The notes: a model not told the origin generated them from the letters alone. A stretch of DNA of 64,000 bases from Alphaproteobacteria bacterium (GCA_045563055.1 JBJKUR010000012.1:22859-86858), one strand, 5' to 3'. Shown: positions 8,598 through 18,710, counted from the first letter of the stretch. A program made the numbers and translations.

Positions 8598-9983
8598 CTA
8601 TTTGATCATTTTCCTGGGATCAATAATTTCGTCAAATTCGCTTGATTTCAAATATTTAAGTTTTATTGCAGCCTGCTTAAGTGAAATACCTTCAGCGTGA
8701 GCTTTCTTTGCGATTTTCGCTGCTTTATCATATCCGATTTTTGGATTTAAGGCAGTTACAAGCATCAGTGAGTTATTAAGATTATCTCTAATTCTTTTTC
8801 TATTTAAATCCAAACCTTCAAGACATCTTTCAACAAATGAATTTATAGAATCACTTATTAAAGTCATAGATCTAATAACAGAGAAAATAATGACAGTTTT
8901 ATTAGCATTAAGTTGGAATTGTCCTTGACTACATGCAATGCCTAATGAGTAATTTAAACCCATGAGATGAATACAAACCTGACAAAGAGCTTCACATTGT
9001 GTAGGGTTAACTTTACCAGGCATTATTGAAGAACCAGGCTCATTTTCTGGAAGAATGATTTCTCCAATCCCAGATCTTGGACCTGATGCTAAAAGTCTTA
9101 TATCATTGGATATTTTATAGCAGGCAACTACAAGAGTATTTAAAGCGTTGGAAAAGTTTAGTAAAGATTCATGAGAGGATAACAGTTCAAATTTATTTGA
9201 AGCTTCTTTAAATGGGTATCCAGTAATGATCTTTATAGCTTCAATAAAACCTGAGGTGAATTTTTTAGAAGAATTAATTCCAGTACCTACTGCAGTGCCC
9301 CCTTGAGCAAGACTATAAATCTCATCCAATGAAACGGTTATTCTTTTTAAGGCATTAGATATTTGTGAGGAAAATCCAGAAAACTCTTGACCAAATGAAA
9401 GAGGAGTAGCGTCTTGTAAATGAGTTCTACCAATTTTTATAACATCTTGAAATTTTTTTTTTTTTTTTTCTAAAACGTTTACAAGCTTTTCTATTGATGG
9501 AATCAAAACTTTATTCGTTTTTAATACCACTGCAATATGCATTGCCGTTGGAAATGAATCATTAGAGGATTGACTTAAATTACAATGATCGTTTGGATGG
9601 ATAGGAGTATATGACCCAAGAGTTCCGCCCAACATTTGGTTAGCTTTGTTTGCGATAACTTCATTAAGGTTCATATTAGTTTGTGTTCCAGAACCGGTCT
9701 GCCATATTGATAGAGGGAAATTATCATCTAGTTTTCCATTTATTATTTCGTCACAGACATCAATTATTTTTTCACCAAGATTTGGCTTAAGTTTACCAAT
9801 GGCAATATTACTGATTGCCGAGGCTTTTTTTTGAATAGCAAAAGATTTAATGAGCTCTATTGGAACTTTATCATTTCCAATTGAAAAATTTTGAAGACTT
9901 CTTTGAGTTTGAGCTCCCCAAAACTTATCAGATGGGACATTTATTTCTCCTATACTATCTTTTTCAGTTCTGTAATCAGTCAT
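8598..9983 (-). CDS. fumC: Fumarate hydratase class II
   Basis: It carries the lyase signature GSSIMPGKVNP and full-length class II fumarase-like sequence. Confidence 0.95.
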   Translation of the reverse strand: MTDYRTEKDSIGEINVPSDKFWGAQTQRSLQNFSIGNDKVPIELIKSFAIQKKASAISNIAIGKLKPNLGEKIIDVCDEIINGKLDDNFPLSIWQTGSGTQTNMNLNEVIANKANQMLGGTLGSYTPIHPNDHCNLSQSSNDSFPTAMHIAVVLKTNKVLIPSIEKLVNVLEKKKKKFQDVIKIGRTHLQDATPLSFGQEFSGFSSQISNALKRITVSLDEIYSLAQGGTAVGTGINSSKKFTSGFIEAIKIITGYPFKEASNKFELLSSHESLLNFSNALNTLVVACYKISNDIRLLASGPRSGIGEIILPENEPGSSIMPGKVNPTQCEALCQVCIHLMGLNYSLGIACSQGQFQLNANKTVIIFSVIRSMTLISDSINSFVERCLEGLDLNRKRIRDNLNNSLMLVTALNPKIGYDKAAKIAKKAHAEGISLKQAAIKLKYLKSSEFDEIIDPRKMIK

Positions 9984-10428
9984 CTTTTTTCCTAAAGTCT
10001 GCTAAAGAAACAATTTTCTGTTTAATATTTTTTTTCTTTTTTTTTATAACTTTTTTTACTTGTTTTTTGTCGTCTTTTAAATCTAACTGAATACTAAACT
10101 TAACAAAAGGGTCATAAAACTTTGTTATGGAATTAAATGGTATTTTTAAATTTTCTTTTTTTTTGTTAAATAATAAAGAGACAGAAAAATCATTTTTTCT
10201 TATTTTTAAATCCCAAAATTGATTTTGCAAAACAATTGTAATTTCATTGGGATAGTCTTTTCTCAAATAGCTAGGAAATACAACCCCATTAGATTTTGTT
10301 TTAAAAGTTATGTAGAAACAATGATTAGAAGAAATTTTAGACCTTGATAGATCCTTTAAAATTTCTTTTATAACATCTAAAATTGCTTGATTAATTCTTG
10401 TTCCATAATCGATAAAAATCTTGTCCAT
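9976..10428 (-). CDS. sspB: ClpXP adaptor SspB-like protein
   Basis: It has an SspB-like core (CFYITFKT...GVVFPSYLRKDYPNEITIVLQNQFWDL) and a basic tail. Its end overlaps the fumC start by 8 nt. Confidence 0.55.
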   Translation of the reverse strand: MDKIFIDYGTRINQAILDVIKEILKDLSRSKISSNHCFYITFKTKSNGVVFPSYLRKDYPNEITIVLQNQFWDLKIRKNDFSVSLLFNKKKENLKIPFNSITKFYDPFVKFSIQLDLKDDKKQVKKVIKKKKKNIKQKIVSLADFRKKDD

Positions 10429-10583
10429 GATCTAATGGAAATTATTTTAGCAGAATTATAAAATTTTTTAAATACAAACATTTACTATATAAAAACTATC
10501 AAAGTTACTAGTAAAACAATAGATATCAAAACTATTGTGAAGAGTCTTAAAAATTCATACATAGTCCAGTATGTCTTAGATTA

Positions 10584-10919
10584 TTAAAAATTACTTGTGA
10601 TATATCTATGAACAAAGAAACCTAAAACTAAAAGAACTATTCCTAATAAATAAATATAAAAAAAATTCATAGATAAGTTTTTAGAGAAAAAGAAAGGTAT
10701 AAAAAACATCAAAGAAACTGGTATGCCCACTAAAATACTTTTTGCAAAAAGAACTGTTTTTTCAATATTCCTATGCTCGAAATATGAAAGTGCAATCGAG
10801 ATGATACTAACAATCGGAATAGATATGACAAAACCCGCCAGGGATGGTTTTTTTAAAGATAGCCAACTAGCAAATGACAAAATTATTGCTGAAATAAAAA
10901 CTTTAAAGATAAAAAACAC
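10584..10919 (-). CDS. Small multi-pass membrane protein
   Basis: It is 111 aa with about four hydrophobic helices. I recognised no motif. Confidence 0.4.
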   Translation of the reverse strand: MFFIFKVFISAIILSFASWLSLKKPSLAGFVISIPIVSIISIALSYFEHRNIEKTVLFAKSILVGIPVSLMFFIPFFFSKNLSMNFFYIYLLGIVLLVLGFFVHRYITSNF

Positions 10920-11354
10920 AGTTAGACTTATCCAAAAAAGTTTTTTATCTTCGAAATAGGACTTCTTAGGGGCTCGTATACTCTGTCAATAAACTCAATA
11001 TGGCTGGAGAGTTTTTTTTCCAACCTGGTTACGGACTTTTGGAGTTTGTCAATTTTCTCTTCAAGTGTCTTTAAATCTTCTGAATTAAATTCTCTATTCA
11101 TAATTATAATTTAGATTGTGAGTTAGAAATAGCAAACGATTTTTAAATTAAAATCTAGAAATATTAACTTTTTTTTTGGGCCTCAAGGTGTACATTTTGC
11201 TGAACTTTTCTGTGTAGTCAGTTGGCTCATTTTTTTTTGAGAAAATTAAATACAAACATATGCCAAAGATAAATATTGAATTTAAAAGCATAAAAAACTT
11301 TAACAAATCAGCGTACATAAAGTTCTAAACGACTTTATTAAAGTTTTGTTAAGA

Positions 11355-12314
11355 CTATTCCCATTCAAGTTCGGTATAAACCTTTGTAATATTGGAATAG
11401 TGATACTCTGTAAATAAAACCCAATCTTCCTTATTTACTGTTCTGGGGTTGATTATTTCGTTTTGTAGGATTGAGTTAATTGACTCTTGTAATGATTTAT
11501 TTTTGTTTTGAAAATTTCTAATTTGATATATTAATCTTTGAAAATATTTTAGCAAAGGCTTGATTGCAGCTTCTTTTCCCTTTGCTAAGCCATGGCCAGG
11601 TACAACTAGATTGATATCCATTTCCATTATTTCTTCTAAATTTTTCTTCCAACCCTTAATACTTGCCCTAATTGAGGGTATTCGTTTTATAAAAACATTT
11701 TCAGACCAGAAAGTTTTGGTTTTTTTATCATAAACCGAAAGGTCATTGTCAGTATGACCGCTATTCCAAGATTTTATTTCTATTATCCTATGCCCAAGAT
11801 CAATCTCTAAAATTTGATCGATTTTAACCAGTTCATCAGCCGTCACTAATTTGCTATCCTTAATTCTTTTATCTCCAATATTATTAAATTGAAGATCTCT
11901 ATAGAAATTAAAATTATTTATGAGAGACCTATTCAATCTTTCATGCCCAATTATTTTAGGATTTTCAGCCAAAAAAGCCTCTGTCCCAAAAAAGTGATCA
12001 GGGTGTGAGTGTGTAATAGCTATATGAGAAATAGGGAGCTGTGAAATTTCTCTAATTTTTTTTAATAAACTTTCACCTATTGATTTCGTTCCACCAGTGT
12101 CAATTACTAGAATTGATTTTGAACCAACTATAAAACCAATATTTGAAATATCTCCTTTGTTTTTTATGTTTGCATCTTCATGTATTCCATAGTGAACAAA
12201 TACACCTTTAGAAACCTCCTCTATATCAAATGATTTTGATTTTAAAGAGTAGAGAAGAAAAAAAAAAAACGTAATCAATAATTTTTTTCTAATTTTAGTT
12301 ATTCTAATGAACAT
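11355..12314 (-). CDS. Exported metallo-beta-lactamase-fold hydrolase
   Basis: It has a signal peptide and the HxHxDH motif (THSHPDH). Confidence 0.75.
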   Translation of the reverse strand: MFIRITKIRKKLLITFFFFLLYSLKSKSFDIEEVSKGVFVHYGIHEDANIKNKGDISNIGFIVGSKSILVIDTGGTKSIGESLLKKIREISQLPISHIAITHSHPDHFFGTEAFLAENPKIIGHERLNRSLINNFNFYRDLQFNNIGDKRIKDSKLVTADELVKIDQILEIDLGHRIIEIKSWNSGHTDNDLSVYDKKTKTFWSENVFIKRIPSIRASIKGWKKNLEEIMEMDINLVVPGHGLAKGKEAAIKPLLKYFQRLIYQIRNFQNKNKSLQESINSILQNEIINPRTVNKEDWVLFTEYHYSNITKVYTELEWE

Positions 12315-12368
12315 ATCCTTAAACTATCAAAAAAAACTCTTAATAAGGATAAAATATACTTTTTTAAA

Positions 12369-12485
12369 GATAATGATAATTATTATCAAAAAAAAGATTG
12401 ACAATCTTATTGAGATTCATTATCAATATAAATTGATAATAATTATCATTATTACATCCTTCCTTTGATAATGATTATTATACTC
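12369..12485. promoter_or_regulatory. Fur-box array and sigma70-like promoter in the divergent MBL/TonB-receptor intergenic region
   Basis: GATAATGATAATTATTATC at 12369-12387 matches 18 of 19 positions of the Fur consensus GATAATGATAATCATTATC. Further boxes lie at 12435-12453 (16/19) and 12467-12485, with a half-box over the -10. The promoter reads TTGACA (12398-12403), a 17-nt spacer, then TATCAA (12421-12426), and faces the receptor gene. Confidence 0.65.
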
Positions 12486-12559
12486 TTTATAAATTTAGCA
12501 AATCATGGAGGTAAAGTGGTAATTAAAAAATCAAGGTTGGTACTAAATATACCCATTGG

Positions 12560-14803
12560 ATGTCAAGGTTAACATTCATTGCCGGCGCTTTAATAGCTGG
12601 GAATTCTTTTGCACAGGATAACACTTATGTTGCTCCTGATGTAAATATCTTTGAATCACCAGAACAGGTTTTTGAATTACCGGGTTCTGGTGATTACATA
12701 GGTCCAGAGGAAATAAGAAAATATAACTTTAATAATATTAATGAGATCCTGAGAAATACGACAGGCGTTTACTCAAGAGAAGAAGATGGTTTAGGGATAT
12801 TCCCTAATATAAGTTTAAGGGGTGTTAATACGCTAAGATCTGCTCAGGTAAATATTATGGAAGACGAGATCAATATCATGCCAGCCCCATATTCAGCGCC
12901 AGATGCTTATTACTTTCCTATTCCAGGTAAAATGAACTCTATAGAAGTTTTAAAAGGAACAAGCCAATATAGATATGGACCTCACTCAACTGGTGGTGCA
13001 ATGAATTTTGTTACAACACCTATTGATTTTGGTCAGCGATATCATGGAAGTGTGTCTTATGGTTCAGGTAATGACATTATTACCCAAGATTATTTCAATT
13101 ATGGTATTTCAGGAAGATACGGTGCTTTAGCAATTTTAGGTGAAATGTATTATCGTAATAGTGGGGGTAATCAGAAAGAATTCAACCTCGAGCCTCCTGC
13201 AAGTTCACAACACAGAAAAGGTTATGATAGTGATGAGCTTGGTGGGATAAATCAAATTGCTCCAATGGTTAAGTTATTATGGCAACTTCCAACAACAAAA
13301 AATATTACCCTAGAACTTAAAGGTTCATACAATGATATGAATTATAATGAGGGTTACGCTGGATTAACCACAGCAGATTTTAATGTTAATCCTGACCAAA
13401 CGTACGTTGCACACCAACTCGACGAAATGAACTCTGAACAACAAACCTATTATGCAAAATTAAGAGCTGAATTAAATTCAAATATAACTAACAACTTAAC
13501 TGTATTTGCTAATCGTTTTACAAGAGATTGGTTCAAGCTAGCAGATGCTAATGGTGATTCTCTCACATCTATTATGTCTAAAGCTGGAAGTGCTGCTTCA
13601 TTAAATATTGTAAAGGGACTAGCAGCAGGTACTGTTAGATACGTAAACAATGATAGGCAATACACTTCATACGGTCTTAATAATGAAACAGAATTTAACT
13701 TTAATACAGATTATTTTGGAAAAAATATAAAGCATAATTTAAAAGTTGGATATGGTTACCATTATGATTACATAAATAGAGATCAACAACGTCATGCTTT
13801 TACTCAAGCAGTAGGGGGAGCTTTGACAGCAACTGGTGTGACTTACAAAGATGATAGACATGAAAAAGCAAAAGGTCATTCTGGTTACATAGAAGAATCA
13901 GCAACTATCAATAATTTTGTTGTTTCGTTAGGTGGTAGGTTTGAATATGTTGACTACCACTATAGAGATAAAGCCGGTGCTCAAAACTCAACCAGTAACA
14001 TGCATGAAGATATGTTTGCTTTTGCTCCAGGTGGTGGTTTAGTTTATAATCATGACGATAATTGGCAATGGTTTGGTGGGGTATATAAAGGATTTAACCT
14101 TCCAGGGCCTGGTTCAGCTAGAGATAATGGTAACCCCGTGGAAAAAGAAACAAGTATAGCTAAAGAAATCGGTGTAAGATACGCCTCTCCGACATTATTT
14201 TTATCTTGGACTGGTTTCCATACAGACTTTAAAGATCTAATAGTTCTTGATAACAGTAATGCTGATAGCGAACCTGATAATGCAGGTAATGTTGTTTCAA
14301 AGGGTTTTGAACTTTCCTCAACATACGCTCCAGAGGATTTTCTTCCCTTTAAAGGAGATATTTCATTCTTTGCGAATTATACATTTACAAATGCTAACTT
14401 AGATGGTGCAGCTAGTTCAACTGATTCTGAAACAGCTTTCGCTGGCGGTAGAGACGGGTCTAATGTACCTTATATTCCTGACCATCGTCTGTCATTTGGT
14501 GCTGATTATGAGTATAATGACTTTGATTTTGGAGTAAATATGACATATCACTCAGAATCACATGGCACGGCAGATGAAAGTGAAACAGAAGAATTTAATG
14601 GTTCTGCGGACGCTAGAAACGGAAAAATTGATGATGCTTTTCTACTTAATTTTTATGCAGGCTATGACTTCATGAATAATTATAGAATCTCAGCAGGCGT
14701 AAACAATGCTACAGATTTGGAATACATTGCTTCAAGGCATCCAAATGGGGCTAGAAGAGGTGCACCACTTACTGCATATATTAAGGCGGCAGCTAATTTT
14801 TAA
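12560..14803 (+). CDS. TonB-dependent outer-membrane receptor (probable iron/siderophore type)
   Basis: It has the signal peptide MSRLTFIAGALIAGNSFA, plug-domain motifs (NINEILRNTTGVY, ISLRGV) and a long beta-barrel. The protein ends in a terminal Phe (AAANF). Fur boxes lie upstream. Confidence 0.85.
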   Translation: MSRLTFIAGALIAGNSFAQDNTYVAPDVNIFESPEQVFELPGSGDYIGPEEIRKYNFNNINEILRNTTGVYSREEDGLGIFPNISLRGVNTLRSAQVNIMEDEINIMPAPYSAPDAYYFPIPGKMNSIEVLKGTSQYRYGPHSTGGAMNFVTTPIDFGQRYHGSVSYGSGNDIITQDYFNYGISGRYGALAILGEMYYRNSGGNQKEFNLEPPASSQHRKGYDSDELGGINQIAPMVKLLWQLPTTKNITLELKGSYNDMNYNEGYAGLTTADFNVNPDQTYVAHQLDEMNSEQQTYYAKLRAELNSNITNNLTVFANRFTRDWFKLADANGDSLTSIMSKAGSAASLNIVKGLAAGTVRYVNNDRQYTSYGLNNETEFNFNTDYFGKNIKHNLKVGYGYHYDYINRDQQRHAFTQAVGGALTATGVTYKDDRHEKAKGHSGYIEESATINNFVVSLGGRFEYVDYHYRDKAGAQNSTSNMHEDMFAFAPGGGLVYNHDDNWQWFGGVYKGFNLPGPGSARDNGNPVEKETSIAKEIGVRYASPTLFLSWTGFHTDFKDLIVLDNSNADSEPDNAGNVVSKGFELSSTYAPEDFLPFKGDISFFANYTFTNANLDGAASSTDSETAFAGGRDGSNVPYIPDHRLSFGADYEYNDFDFGVNMTYHSESHGTADESETEEFNGSADARNGKIDDAFLLNFYAGYDFMNNYRISAGVNNATDLEYIASRHPNGARRGAPLTAYIKAAANF

Positions 14804-14889
14804 CCAAGAATATGGGTGGAAGGAATCATTATTCTCCACAATAATTAATCATACTCTGATTTCTTCCATCTCATATACGTACTCTCCAA

Positions 14890-15213
14890 ATGAAAAAAGT
14901 AACTAACACCCACTCAGTAACTAATAATTTAATTAACGAGGATGATTTTCAACACATACTCATCAAGATAATCGATGAAGTAATAGTAAAAAGGAAAGAA
15001 ATACATCAAAAATATCACAAATTAATTCAAAGAGTCTCATGCTGTGAAAAATCACTAAATAAAAGAACACAAATATCTAAGTATCTTATGGCAAGAGTCA
15101 TTAGAGAATCTGATAAAGCATTTGATGATGCCCAAAATCTCGCAAAACATCTATGTCCAACATGTAAAAAAAGATTTGAAAGTTATAATTCATACTCCGA
15201 TAAACTTCACTAA
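14890..15213 (+). CDS. Hypothetical protein
   Basis: It is a 107-aa ORF with a CPTC pair and no recognisable family. Confidence 0.3.
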   Translation: MKKVTNTHSVTNNLINEDDFQHILIKIIDEVIVKRKEIHQKYHKLIQRVSCCEKSLNKRTQISKYLMARVIRESDKAFDDAQNLAKHLCPTCKKRFESYNSYSDKLH

Positions 15214-15320
15214 TATCGTTACATCATATATGTACTTAAGAAAATATACGTTTAAATAATCATACTTTTGAATTAGAAAACATATTGATTAACTTAAGAA
15301 AATTTATATTTTAAATTAGA

Positions 15321-16127
15321 ATGAAATATATAATTTTTCTCCTATTAATATTATTAAATAATTTTTCTTATCCAAAAGAATTTATTATTTTACAGTCAAC
15401 CACATCTACAAGAGATTCAGGTTTCTATGAGCATTTACTTCCAAAATTTGAAGAGAAATACGGTTTTGACGTAAGAGTTATTGCAGTCGGTACAGGTCAA
15501 GCTATTGCCAATGCAAAAAAATGTGATGCAGATGTTTTGATAACTCATCACAAAGATTCTGAGGAACAATTTGTAAAAGAAGGTTATGGTATATTCAGAA
15601 AAGAATTTATGTTTAATGATTACGTTATAATAGGACCTAAGAAAGATCCAGCGAGAATTAAAGAAGCAAATTCTATTAATGACGCTTTAAAAAGAATTGT
15701 AGACTCTAATTCTGTATTTGTATCCAGAGGAGACGACAGTGGAACATATAAAAAGGAGCGTGATCTGTGGCTTTTAACAGATAAACTACCTAATCCAAAA
15801 GAAAATAATTGGTACTTGTCAGTTGGACAAGGAATGGGAGGTACTTTAAATATTGCTATCAATAAAGATGCATATACCCTATCAGACAGAGCAACATGGG
15901 AAAGTTTTAGCAATAAAGCTGAACATAGGGTTTTAGTTTCAAACAAATCAATTTTATTAAATTATTATGGTGTGATCCCAATTAGCAAGCAAAAATGCCC
16001 GAATGCTAAATTAGGTCTAGCAAAGGTTTTTATAGAATGGTTGGTATCAAATAAAACCAAATTAATAATTAATAATTTTAGGATAAATAATAAACAGCTT
16101 TTTTTCTCTTTAGACGAAAGTAATTAA
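15321..16127 (+). CDS. Periplasmic substrate-binding protein, TupA-like (tungstate/oxyanion type)
   Basis: It has a signal peptide and the motifs LQSTTSTRDSGFYEHLLPKFEEKYG and VGTGQA, typical of TupA-type binding proteins. No permease or ATPase gene is adjacent. Confidence 0.55.
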   Translation: MKYIIFLLLILLNNFSYPKEFIILQSTTSTRDSGFYEHLLPKFEEKYGFDVRVIAVGTGQAIANAKKCDADVLITHHKDSEEQFVKEGYGIFRKEFMFNDYVIIGPKKDPARIKEANSINDALKRIVDSNSVFVSRGDDSGTYKKERDLWLLTDKLPNPKENNWYLSVGQGMGGTLNIAINKDAYTLSDRATWESFSNKAEHRVLVSNKSILLNYYGVIPISKQKCPNAKLGLAKVFIEWLVSNKTKLIINNFRINNKQLFFSLDESN

Positions 16128-16172
16128 TTTTCTTAATTTCAAAAAAAAAAAATAGGAGGAGTCTTTTTTTAA

Positions 16173-17783
16173 CTAGGAAATATAATTAAAACTTTTTGAG
16201 GAAACTTTATTCCAGTAGACATTTAATCTTGGATCGGCAACATTGATCTTTCCTTTCTTCATCAATGCTCCTTTCTCAACTTTAGGATATATTTGATCTG
16301 CCAACCTTATTTCACTCTCTGACAACCGCCTAACTACATGTCTTCTATTGAGTTGAGATGGATGATTTACTCCAACGGATTCTAAAAGTTCCTTAAATAC
16401 AAAAAGAGTGTTTTTATGAAAGTTATATGCTCTTAAAGATCTGTCGTCTATATCAATTGCTCTGTATCTCATAGGGTCCATTGTTGCAATACCACTTGGG
16501 CACTCTCCGGTATGACATGATCTACATTGAATACATCCTATTGCGAACATAAAGGGTCGCGCCATATTTATCCAATCTGCTCCTAAGGAACACATATGTG
16601 CTATATCGAATGCTGAAACTATTTTTCCAGAAACACCTATTTTAACTCTTTCTCTTAAATTTGAACCAATAAGTGCATTATCTACAAAAATAATAGCATC
16701 CTTAAGGGGTGAACCTAAATGGTCTGTAAATTCCGCTGGTGCAGCTCCGGTTCCTCCTTCTGCTCCATCAATTGTAATAAAATCTATATATTTTTTTGTA
16801 TTAACCATTGTCTTTACAATTGCTATCAGTTCCCATGGGTGACCAATACACATCTTAATCCCTACAGGCTTATTTCCAGAAAGTTTTCTAAGTTTTTCAA
16901 CAAAGTTAAGAAGTTGGATGGGATTTGAAAACTCCTTGTGTTTTGCAGGAGAAATACAATCTTTTCCAGATTCGATTCCTCTTGTATCAGCAATTTCTTC
17001 TGTAACTTTTGGTGCTAGAAGCATTCCGCCATGCCCGGGTTTTGCTCCTTGACTAATTTTTATTTCTATCATTTTAATCTGTTTTTTCTTTGCTTTTTTT
17101 GAAAAAGTATCACTACAAAAGTCACCACTTTTTTTTCTACATCCAAAATATCCCGATGAAATTTGCCAGATTGTATCTCCTTCTCCTCTTTCATGATATT
17201 TAGAAACTGAACCCTCTCCAGTATTGTGAGCAAATTTGCCAAGTTTTGCAGCTTTATTTAAAGATGTTATTGCTGGCGGTGAGATTGCTCCAAATGATGT
17301 TCCAGAAATATTTAGGACTGACATTTTATATGAGTTTTTGCCAATTCCCACCGATGTTCTAAAATCACTATCCTTTATTGAAGAAGGAGTGATTGAATGG
17401 TTTAACCAAACAAAATCATCATCGTACATTTTTTCTAGTGAACCAAAAGGTCGAACGCCTCCAATATTTTTTGAGCGTTGATAGACCATATCTCTCTGAT
17501 TCCTTGAATAAGGTACTTCATCATCATCATTTTCCCAGTAATATTGCCTAAGTTCCGGTCTAATACTCTCTAAGAAAAATCTAAATCTTCCTAAAAGAGG
17601 GAAGTTTGATAAGATTGATCTTTTTTTTTGTGTAAAATCTTTCAAAGCGATTAAGAATAAAAAAAAGAATACCGAACATAATATTAAGGCAATTTGGTTA
17701 ATAAAGGAAAAGATGAAAGCGACTATTGAAGCAATCGCTGTATAAAAAAGTAAAGAGTATCTTCCCCAAATAATGTCAATCAT
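16173..17783 (-). CDS. FMN-binding glutamate-synthase-family protein (GltB domain 2-like) with N-terminal TM helices
   Basis: The motifs IKISQGAKPGHGG, DGAEGGTGAAP and the Cys cluster CIQCRSCHTGECPSGIAT resemble glutamate-synthase-related oxidoreductases. Confidence 0.8.
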   Translation of the reverse strand: MIDIIWGRYSLLFYTAIASIVAFIFSFINQIALILCSVFFFLFLIALKDFTQKKRSILSNFPLLGRFRFFLESIRPELRQYYWENDDDEVPYSRNQRDMVYQRSKNIGGVRPFGSLEKMYDDDFVWLNHSITPSSIKDSDFRTSVGIGKNSYKMSVLNISGTSFGAISPPAITSLNKAAKLGKFAHNTGEGSVSKYHERGEGDTIWQISSGYFGCRKKSGDFCSDTFSKKAKKKQIKMIEIKISQGAKPGHGGMLLAPKVTEEIADTRGIESGKDCISPAKHKEFSNPIQLLNFVEKLRKLSGNKPVGIKMCIGHPWELIAIVKTMVNTKKYIDFITIDGAEGGTGAAPAEFTDHLGSPLKDAIIFVDNALIGSNLRERVKIGVSGKIVSAFDIAHMCSLGADWINMARPFMFAIGCIQCRSCHTGECPSGIATMDPMRYRAIDIDDRSLRAYNFHKNTLFVFKELLESVGVNHPSQLNRRHVVRRLSESEIRLADQIYPKVEKGALMKKGKINVADPRLNVYWNKVSSKSFNYIS

Positions 17784-17951
17784 ACAGTTTTAAAGGTTAA
17801 CAAATTTTAAAAGAAAGAAAACTTTTTTTTAAACTTAGTTGTAATCAAATAAATTTTATTTTTACAAAGGTAATTTTTGTTTATACTTAATTATATTACT
17901 TATAAAATATTAATACGTAATTTTTATATTTTACTACTTTAGAAATACATA

Positions 17952-18344
17952 ATGCCGTACTTACAATTTGATGTTAATAAAAAATTAGATGGGAAAATAA
18001 AAGAAAAATTCATCAATTTTATTCAAATCAAATTTTCTGAAATTATGGAAACAGGAACTAGTCATATTGCAGTTTGCATAAAAGAGTTCCCTAAAAACGG
18101 ACTTGCATTAGGCCTTAAAAAGAAGACCCATTTTGTATGTTTTATGAATTTAGATGTGAGAGGTGGTAGATCCAACAAAAAAAAAAGAGATCTTGTAAAA
18201 TGTTATATGAAGGCAATAACAAAATATTTCGGAATAAGTCAAGAAAATCAATACCTTACGTTTACATCACATCCAGGAAATGACTTTAATACTTATGAAA
18301 AACCTCTAGGAAAGTGGGTAAAAAATGATTCTCCGCTAGATTAA
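17952..18344 (+). CDS. Tautomerase/MIF-superfamily-like protein
   Basis: It begins MP, giving Pro1 after Met removal. The length and alternating pattern are compatible with the MIF/tautomerase fold. Support is weak. Confidence 0.35.
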   Translation: MPYLQFDVNKKLDGKIKEKFINFIQIKFSEIMETGTSHIAVCIKEFPKNGLALGLKKKTHFVCFMNLDVRGGRSNKKKRDLVKCYMKAITKYFGISQENQYLTFTSHPGNDFNTYEKPLGKWVKNDSPLD

Positions 18345-18348
18345 AAAA

Positions 18349-18630
18349 ATGATTATAGAAGTTGATAAAATAAATAAAGATAGATTTAAAGTAACACTGA
18401 ATTGTAAAACAAAAACCGAACACCATGTTTTATTAACTGATTTTTTACACGTAAAACTTACAAAAAAAAAAGTTAGTAAAAAAGAATTAATTGTTTTTAG
18501 TTTTGAGTTCCTTTTAAAAATGGAGTCAAATACATCAATTTTATCTGAATTTGACTTAAGTGAGATATCTAAATATTTTCCAATCTTTTACAAAGATATT
18601 GAGTGTTGGTGTTCGAATATGGAATCATAG
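18349..18630 (+). CDS. Hypothetical protein
   Basis: It is a 93-aa ORF that starts 4 nt after the upstream stop. I recognised no motif. Confidence 0.3.
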   Translation: MIIEVDKINKDRFKVTLNCKTKTEHHVLLTDFLHVKLTKKKVSKKELIVFSFEFLLKMESNTSILSEFDLSEISKYFPIFYKDIECWCSNMES

Positions 18631-18710
18631 GTGAAAATCTATAACTTGCTTTAGCCAATCATCATAAATATATATATATTAATATTAATTTTTATAAAGG
18701 AGGTGATCTG

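Noticed and set aside
14804-14889. A weak hairpin (GTGGAAG...TCTCCAC) after the TonB-dependent receptor, considered as a terminator.
   Set aside because: The stem has a mismatch, the loop is long and there is no clear T-tract. That is too weak to report as a feature.
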